From the NCBI RefSeq assembly GCF_004010195.1, contig NC_057718.1, positions 24,924,008 to 24,954,644 on the forward strand: a DNA stretch of 30,637 nt, read 5' to 3'. Position numbers and translations under genes: made by a program. This DNA comes from Chiloscyllium plagiosum (taxonomy: Eukaryota). Positions 23,396 through 30,637 of this stretch are shown here, piece after piece. Under the pieces are notes generated by a model. The model was not told where the DNA came from, did no database searches, and saw only the letters and a list, made by a program, of their open reading frames with translations. Each line of letters starts with the position of its first letter. Positions within the stretch are counted from its first letter, which is position 1.

Positions 23396-23524
23396 TTAAA
23401 AATATTTACATTTAATGGGACGTTTCACAGTTTTAGGACATCTTAAAGTGTGTTGAGGTCAATTAAATATTTTTGAAAAACGGTCACTGTTGAAATGTAG
23501 GAAACGGTGGCACCGAGGTCAATA

Positions 23525-23922
23525 ATCTCTGGAGTTTGGAGAAATGAGAGGAGCTCTAATTGAGGTATAGAAGATGCTAAACAGGATTAACACAGTGGAC
23601 ATAGAAGGAGGGGGGGGAAACCTAGAACAAGTGGTCACAACTTTAAGATATGGGGTACTAGAATTAAAACAGAGATGAGGAGAAATTACTTCTCTCAAAA
23701 GGTCATATATTTGTGAAATTCACCACCCCAGAGTGTAGTAGATGCTGGGAGATAGAGTAAATTTAAGGAAAAGATAGACAGATTTTTAATCAGTAATGCT
23801 TTGATGGGTTATAGAGAGCTGAGAGAAAAGTCGAGTTGAGGCTGAGATGAGATCAGCTACAACGATATCAATGGTGCAGTTGACTCCAGGGACTGAATTG
23901 CCTATAACTGTACCTAAATCTT
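23525..23922 (+). mobile_element. CR1 LINE 3' end
   Basis: SLEFGEMRGALIEV*KMLNRI...RTSGHNFKI...EMRRNYFSQKVI.L*NS, followed by a CR1-type UTR. Confidence 0.88.
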
Positions 23923-23926
23923 GTAA

Positions 23927-24268
23927 AGTCATAGAGTTATACAGCATGGAAACAGACCCTTTGGTCCTAACAGCCCATGCTGATCATAATCCCAAACTAA
24001 ACTAATCCCACCTCCCCACTCCCAGCCCATATCCCTCCAAACCTTTCCTATTCATATACCTATCTAAGAGTCTTTCAAACATTGTAACTGTGCCCGCATC
24101 CACCACTTCCTCAGAAAGCTTATATCACATGTGAACCACTCTTTGTGTAAAAAAAAGCCCCCATGTCTTTGTTAAATCTCTCTCCTCTCGCCTTAAAATA
24201 TGCCCCCTAATCTTCAAAGCCCCCATCCTCAGGAAAAGATACCTACTATTAATCCTGTCTACACGCTC
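23927..24268 (-). mobile_element. CR1 (HER1-like) LINE 3' end, tail-to-tail with the previous copy
   Basis: Reverse complement ..RGHILRRE....FFTQRVVHM.., with tail GGACCAAAGGGTCTGTTTCCATGCTGTATAACTCTATGACT resembling the HE1 SINE tail. Confidence 0.88.
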
Positions 24269-24517
24269 TAACTCATTTCTGCACAACATGTCAGAAGGGA
24301 GACCTCAGTTTAGCATCTCAACAAAAGGACAGCATTTCTGACACTGTAGCAGTCTTTCAGAACTGCACTGAAGTGTCAGCTTAGAATATGTGCTCAGACT
24401 CCAGACTGGACCTTGAATTCCTTCTGTCTCAGGCAAAGTAGTGTCACTGATCTAAAATAGAGACGAAGCAATGCCTGCTCAAACAAAATACTTTCAAAAA
24501 CACTTTAGAAAGCAGTT

Positions 24518-24642
24518 TGGAGAAAGTGAGGAAGGCAGATCCTGGAGAGTAAGAGTCGAAAAGTATAGCACTGGAAAAAGCACAGCAGGTCAGGCAGCAT
24601 CCGAGGAGCAGCAGAGTTGACATTTCAGTCATAAGCCCTTCA
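24518..24642 (-). mobile_element. Short hammerhead-bearing PLE-terminus insertion with 13-bp TSD
   Basis: TSD TTAGAAAGCAGTT (24505-24517/24643-24655). Reverse complement (CTAA)TGA-AGGGC-TTAT-GACT-GAAAT-GTC-AACTCTGCTGCTCCTCGGATGCTGCCTGACCTGCTG...CCTCACTTTCTCC. Confidence 0.9.
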
Positions 24643-24874
24643 TTAGAAAGCAGTTGTCGGTGTAGTTGCAGCATTTTAGGTTTAAATTATATGACATACA
24701 TACATGGCCAACATTGGTTACAGTGACAATTGTAATGCTCATAAACTCAGCAGTCAATAAATAAGATCAAACTGGCCTGTTATCCAGTATTTAACAGTGT
24801 TACCTTAAGTCTTTATCAGGTCAGTCATGTTACTAAATCACTCCTTTGAATTTATGTGTATGAACTGCTTTCAG

Positions 24875-25727
24875 GGTAAAACACTACACTTTAGATTTCA
24901 GATTTTCTTTAACTATAGCTTGGAAATCATGATGCGCAATTTGGACGTAAGCATATTTAATAGTTGCTTGCCAAATTTAACTTGCCCATTACTGCGCAGC
25001 TCAACAAATTCTGCAAGCCAGTTCCACTAATAATGTCAGTTGGACTCATCATATAAACAGAAGCCATTTGCAGGAAAATGAAACAACTAGATATTAAAGT
25101 TAATCATGGTTCTTAGCAAATGTTTGAGCTGGAAAGGGCAATGCTGATTTTGGCTTCAGCTTTCCAATTTCAAGGTCAAATATTTGCAAATCCTTTTGTG
25201 AAACACTCCAAGAGGTATGATAACAGCTTTGTGCAATAATTGTGGTCATGTTCCATACTCTGCAGAATTCCCAATCTAAGCTGTTCTTAGCTGTTTAAAA
25301 TCAATACCAGAGCAAATTAAGCCTGTGTCATCTGCCTGCCCTGTAGACAATATGAAATATTGTCCTCATCACCTAAAATGGGTTCATTAGTACTGATATG
25401 GTTTCTTTACTATAAGATGAAGACAGTAAAACTGTGTCTTTGCTCTTAGTTATTACAATAAAAATATTCTGGTTGTAGGAGGGAAGAACTACGCTCATAA
25501 TCTTGTTCTTGGAAGCAGAGACTACAAATGAAATTGAATTTCTGCAAGAGGTTAGTCAGCACATCTGTAGCATCTCTTACGAATGGTCTGGTGACATCTC
25601 CCTGTGGCGGCAAAGTGTTTGGGGACTGCAAGGTTGTAATTCATCAAAGGACTCAAGCAGTGTTAGAAACAGTGGGAGGTCATTGAAAACCTTTGTGGGA
25701 TAATTATTTTGAGCCTCATGGTCAAGG
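24875..25727 (+). pseudogene. Cluster of three candidate exons (24875-24946, 25117-25214, 25450 onward)
   Basis: Canonical AG/GT borders (TTTCAG..GTAAGC; TTCTTAG..GTATGA; TCTTTGCTCTTAG..GTATGT) with compatible phases. The third reads YYNKNILVVGGKNYAHNLVLGSRDYK* (TGA at 25529-25531). Confidence 0.35.
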
Positions 25728-26109
25728 TATGTTATTTAGTATGCAATGTGAAACAACAGCTAAGATCCAGCCGAAAGTATTGGTGCTCTTAATACTTTTT
25801 GTAAACCAGCGAATGTGTAATTAACCAGTGGAATTGGCAAATTGTTAGCACCATTTTTCCAATAAAGGCAGCTGCCGCAGTAACAATGGACAGTTTAAGT
25901 GATTTTGTACTTTACTGAAAACTACTGAAAGATGAAATACTTACACATTAGCATAAAAAAAAGCTAATATCATTACTTTCCTCAACCAGACTGCAAGAAC
26001 AATAGTCTATTTCTCAGCTTTCTATCAATGTCACTGTTGACATGGTTATTCGAGCAGATATGACAATGTGCAGGACAGCTTGTCTCCCAATTCTCCTCCT
26101 ATGATACTG

Positions 26110-26450
26110 TCAAAGTTAAGATGATTAAAGGATGTAATGAGATAAATAGAGGAGGGGAAAGGTTTTCTAGTTGGGGAGATCAGAACAAGGAGGCATAATC
26201 TTAAGATTAGAGTTAGGCCACTCAAGGATGTTGTCAGGAAACAGTTCTTTTGAAGGAAATCTGAAATTTTCTCCCTCAAAATTCTCTTGAAGCTTGATCA
26301 AGAGAGGAAGAAAACATGAAATAGGATTAGATAGATTTTTAAAAGACAGAGCAAAGTTGGCTATGTGGAGTTGAAATACAGATGAGCCATAATATTAAGA
26401 AATGGGAAAAATAGCGCAAGGGTCTTAAAAGTCTACTCCAGTTGTTCCAA
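26110..26450 (+). mobile_element. Old CR1 LINE 3' end
   Basis: KMIKGCNEINR...LVGEIRTRRHNLKIRVRPLKDVVRKQFF and a CR1-type UTR. Confidence 0.8.
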
Positions 26451-26634
26451 TTAATATTATAATTGCCTTCATACCTCGTACAAATCAAAGATCATACTTT
26501 TTTATGTTATCCATCTGAAGACCCACCATACCATATGCCCTTTGTTTACAATATCCAACATGTATAAAATACCATACAAAAGCAAGGTACACAATTATGA
26601 GGTGCACTGTTATCTCTGTCTCGGAATGTGTGAA

Positions 26635-27348
26635 AATTGATTTATTTGATTGCTTGATTATTATTGACACATGTACCTAGTGACAATGAAAAGTTTTGTT
26701 TTGCATGCAGTACAGGCAGATCATACCAAAGACCGTAAGGTGATAGAACAGAGTGAGGAATATAAAGTTATGGCTTCAACAAAACTGCACAAAAAGCAAA
26801 ATGAACATTAAATTTAAAACTTGAGAGGTCCATTCAGAAGTCTACTAACAGCAGGGAAGAAGCTGTTCTTGAACCTGTTAGTACATGTGTTTAAGATTTT
26901 GCATCTTCTCCCTGATGGAAGAGGTTGGAAGAGATTATAACCAAAATGGGAGGGTTTTTTGTAGATATTGGTTGCCTTTCCAAGGCAGTGAGAAGTATAG
27001 ATGGAGTCAATGGCTGGAAGGTTGGCTTGTATGATGGGCTGGGCTATGTTCACAACTCTGTGTAGTCTCTTATGGTCTGGGGCAGTGCAGTTGCCATACC
27101 AAGCCATGATGCATCCAGATAAAATGCTTCCTATGGCGCATCTGTTAAAGTTGGAGGCATTCTTTATGGACATGCCAAATTTCCTTAGCTTCCTGAGGAA
27201 GAAGAGGTGTTGTTGTGCCTTCTTGACAGTCACATCAATGTGGGTGGTCCAGGACAGACTGTTGGTAATCGTCACCCCTATGAACTTGATGCTCTCGACC
27301 ATCTCCACCTCAGCTCGATTGACGTAGATGCGGCATGCCCTCCTCCTT
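26635..27348 (-). mobile_element. Rex1/Babar-clade LINE 3' end (RT C-terminus, 5'-truncated)
   Basis: VESIKFIGVTITNSLSWTTHI...KKAQQHLFFLRKLRKFG...AWYGNC...LFQPLPSGRR...RFKNSFFP; tail CTTTTCATTGTCACTAGGTACATGTGTCAATAAT(AATCA)n. Confidence 0.93.
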
Positions 27349-27500
27349 ACACTTAGGTGGCACCACAATATGCTAATCTGCATTTTCTATTTGACAGTAG
27401 TGATAATGGTAAGAATGTTAGCTTGGACAGCAGGTGAACACAGTCTCCCTACTCTATTTCAAGTGGTGCCACAACAATGACCAGTATAAATAACCATGTG

Positions 27501-27813
27501 GGGCAACATGATGGCTCAGTGGTTAGCACTGCTGCCTCACAGTGCCAGGGACCCGGGTTCAATTCCAGCCTTGAGTGACAGTCTGTGTGGAGTTTGCACA
27601 TTCTCCCCCTGTCTTCATGGGTTTCTTTGGGTGCTCTGGTTTCCTCCCACAGTCCAAAGATGTGCAGGTCAGGTGAATTGGCCATGCTAAATTGCTCATA
27701 GTGTTAGGTGCATTAGTTGGAGGGAAATGGGGTCTGGGTGGGTTACTCTTTGGAAGGTCAGTGTGAACTTGTTGGGCCAAGGGGTCTGTTTCCACACTGT
27801 AGGGAATCTAATC
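27501..27813 (+). mobile_element. HE1-type tRNA-derived V-SINE, full length
   Basis: A box TGGCTCAGTGG, B box GGTTCAATTCC, V-domain, and tail GGGTCTGTTTCCACACTGTAGGGAATCTAATC. Confidence 0.93.
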
Positions 27814-28464
27814 ACCTATTTGTTTGTGATAAAAATGTGATGGCTGATGGACAAGTCATTTTACCATTCAGAAGGAAATAATTAGAGGTTGCAAAATAAA
27901 ATCAAAACATCCATTTGAGCAGAACATGCCATTACGTTACTATTAAATGTGCTTTGTAATATGGAACATATGTTAACATGCAAGTACAATAGTTGTTGTG
28001 TTTTGTCCCACAGTCAATTGGCCAGTATGTCATTAAAAGGCATCACGGAATGTGACCTGAGGGTATAAGGATTTCATAATTAATTTTTCCTTGGATCACT
28101 TGAAGTATGACAGTTTGGCAGAAACATGCTTCTCTGTTGCAAACTCTTCCTTCATTCCAGACCAGACACACAGACATGCCTAGAGGATGTAATGTTTGTG
28201 CATAATAGATATTAGTAATAAATATCCATTGGATTTTCGAATACCACAGTATCCATGCCCATTTTCTTACTTTACAGAAAATATCATAATCATTGCTGAA
28301 TCAGGTAAAACAGCTTGTTCGAGCCAAGCTGACTCCAATGGTTATAAGACAATTTTCCCAAATATTGATAATCATTCTTAATTAGATGAAATGCAAGTTA
28401 GTAATTTCTAAGAAATTAGACTTCAGTAAGCATTATTCAGTTACATTTATTTTTTTAAATAAAA

Positions 28465-28570
28465 AGATAAAGTCACCACAGCCTCATTCCACAATTAGAG
28501 ATGACTGATGGTGAGTTCAACTTAAGGGTCACCTCAACTCAGATGAGGTTCAGAAAATTATCAGCCAAAT
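28465..28570 (-). mobile_element. Possible decayed short interspersed repeat fragment
   Basis: AGATAAAGTCACCA...GATGACTGATGGTG...TTAAGGGTCACC..CTCAG resembles a common shark repeat, recalled from memory only. Confidence 0.35.
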
Positions 28571-29665
28571 AAATAACCTATGTCAAATATTTCCTGTAAT
28601 TCCTGGCATTTCAATGCAGATTTAGCAAGTTTATTTGTTCTAAATTCACCCATATTTCATGCAAAATAAATTTGCTAAATAACCATTAAATCACTACAAG
28701 TTCATTTCAACTTTAGCAGTAATAAGAAAGGAAATCAACATATCCTGGTGAAGGAGGAGTAACAGTTTTGGTTTTACATTTATGTAAAATGAAAATGACA
28801 TGAAGAACAGTTCTTGTAAAATGCAAAATAGAATTATTTTTCCTTTAGTAAAATGTTACCATTTTTAGCTAAGCTCGGCTTTCAGGCATTTGGCATCTGA
28901 CAACATACTAAAAAACTGTACCTTTAACATTTGAAATTGCACCAACAAATATACAGGAAAATATTTAAAGCCAAACAAGCATTGTGGGTATTTTTTGGTA
29001 AGTGGGAGTCCAACAGAGGTCAAAATAATGAGCACAGTATTTTGATATCAACATAGATCAAACTTCAATAAGTGATTTCCAAAGTGATCCATCTATTTAT
29101 TGAACAGCGCACATTCCAGTTAAATATTATAGGTAATAAAAAGATAGAAGCTGATATTATGAAATATAGTACACTAGGAGGTAAAGTTCATGAGTGTTAT
29201 ATTGTCTCTCACCATTATGATAATCAGAACCACAATAGAATAATCATACGCAACAAGAGAAAAGATTAAAGAACCATAATTAAGGGTTGACTTGGACAGT
29301 GAAGAATCAGTGGCCTACGGCAGAAAGACCAAATATAATTTATTCCATGGTTTTGAGATAACTACCACATTATGATTCTTTTAAAAATAATTACTGTATT
29401 GTCAAAAAAAATTATACTATGGCATCCCCTTGAGCTCTTTCTCATACAAGCCTTTCATTTAATGTTCTCCATTTCTGCAATTTCTCCTTTTAGAAACATA
29501 TATGTGTATTAATAACATTAGTCAGTAAAAATAGCAGATTCATTGGGCATTTCCTCAACATTTTTTAACAACAGCTCCGATTTGTTCAGTTGCCTTCAGC
29601 ATTAGTATACTCTGCAGTCATTTCCAGTCACCATGCTTGATAACAAATATTTCATTTAGATTGTG

Positions 29666-29838
29666 TAGATTAGATTAGATTAGATTACTTACAGTGTGGA
29701 AACAGGCCCTTCAGCCCAACAAGTCCACACCGACCCGCTGAAGCGCAACCCACCCATACCCCTACATTTACCCCTTTAACCTAACACTACAGGCAATTTA
29801 GCATGGCCAATCCACCTGACCCGCACATCTTTGTGACT
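29666..29838 (-). mobile_element. 5'-truncated HE1-type SINE with (ATCTA)4 tail
   Basis: Reverse complement matches ~5550-5700; (TAGAT)x4 at 29666-29685. Confidence 0.92.
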
Positions 29839-30209
29839 TTGTAAAAGTACAATTTTTAGGCAAACTGTTAAGGTTTCATCTTTTATAAATCTAACATTTT
29901 TGGCAGCTCTGAATTTAAAAAGGATGTATTCATCAATTTAATGTGGACTTATGTGTTGATGTGGGAATGATAACAAGACAAGCCTATTCTCAGTTAAATA
30001 AGTAAGGAGTTTAGTTAATTGTTAAATACCAAAAATGTAACATATATTCTGACTTCCTCAACTCAGCAGTCATATGCACTCAAGCCAAATATGCACAAAT
30101 ACAAATTACAGATTAGAGGAGGTTAACTTTGGCAAAGTTAAAATTCAATATGCAAAAATGCAACTGGAAGCTCACTGTTTGTAATTATATGTCAGAGCTA
30201 GCTGTAGCT

Positions 30210-30637
30210 AATAGACAATAGACAATAGACAATAGGTGCAGGAGTAGGCCATTCAGCCCTTCGAGCCTGCACCGCCATTCAACATAATCATGGCTGATCA
30301 TTCCTAATCAGTATCCTGTTTCTGCCTTATCTCCATAACTCTTGATTCCACTACCTTTGAGAGCTCTATCCAACTCCTTCTTAAATGAATCCAGAGACTG
30401 GGCCTCCACTGCCCTCTGGGGCAGAGCATTCCACACAGCCACCACTCTCTGGATGAAGACGTTTCTCCTGAACTCTGTCCTAAATGGTCTACCCCGTATT
30501 TTTAAGCTATGTCCTCTGGTTCGGCACTCACCCATCAGTGGAAATATGTTTCCTACTGCCAGAGTGTCCAATCCTTTCATAATCTTATACGTCTCAATCA
30601 GATCCCCTCTCAATCTTCAAAACTCAAGGGTATACAA
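30210..30637 (-). mobile_element. Relatively young CR1 LINE 3' end with (GTCTATT)n tail, running off the window
   Basis: Uninterrupted RGDLIETYKIMKGLD...FP....RTRGHSLKIRGRPFRTEFRRNVFIQRVVAVWNALP; (AATAGAC)x3 at 30210-30230. Confidence 0.96.

Larger units (their letters stand above)
23405..24450 (-). mobile_element. DeuSINE (SacSINE1-like) split into tail (~23405-23512) and head (~24275-24450) by two CR1 insertions
   Basis: Tail reverse complement GTTTCCTACATTTCAACAGTGACC...TTCAAAAA. Head reverse complement GCTGACACTTCAGTGCAGTTCTGA...GCTGTCCTTT..TTGAGATGCTAAACTGAGG. Confidence 0.75.

Noticed and set aside
25117..25214. Serpin-like motif MLILASAFQFQGQ..NPF
   Set aside because: Lacks the conserved N, K and W of LVNAIYFKGxW, and neighbouring segments are not serpin-like.
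25595..25615. CTCF-like site
   Set aside because: Only a partial match to the core consensus.
27001..27327. 108-aa plus-strand ORF
   Set aside because: Antisense shadow of the Rex1 RT frame.

Overview
AT-rich, CpG-depleted eukaryotic DNA, almost certainly from an elasmobranch (shark) genome. The taxon is inferred from HE1-type V-SINEs, SacSINE1-like DeuSINEs and shark-type CR1 LINEs. There is no intact protein-coding gene. Most listed ORFs are remnants or antisense shadows of decayed mobile elements: CR1, L2, Rex1/Babar and another CR1-group LINE, Penelope-like elements (PLEs) with GIY-YIG endonucleases, and a Harbinger Myb/SANT gene. The most striking signal is eight loci tied to minimal hammerhead ribozymes (CUGANGA-stem II-GAAAC-GUH). 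Two sit at the 3' ends of GIY-YIG PLE relics. The others are ~100-200 bp stand-alone insertions, several with clean 11-15 bp target-site duplications. One copy (12640-12679) has an intact catalytic core, one locus is a head-to-head double-hammerhead palindrome, and one is a 5'-inverted tail lacking the core. Secondary signals are non-autonomous elements that borrow a Rex1-type 3' tail, and a tentative chain of splice-bounded + strand exon relics that may be a decayed LamG/ConA-like gene. Family names come from motif recognition by eye; no database search was run.
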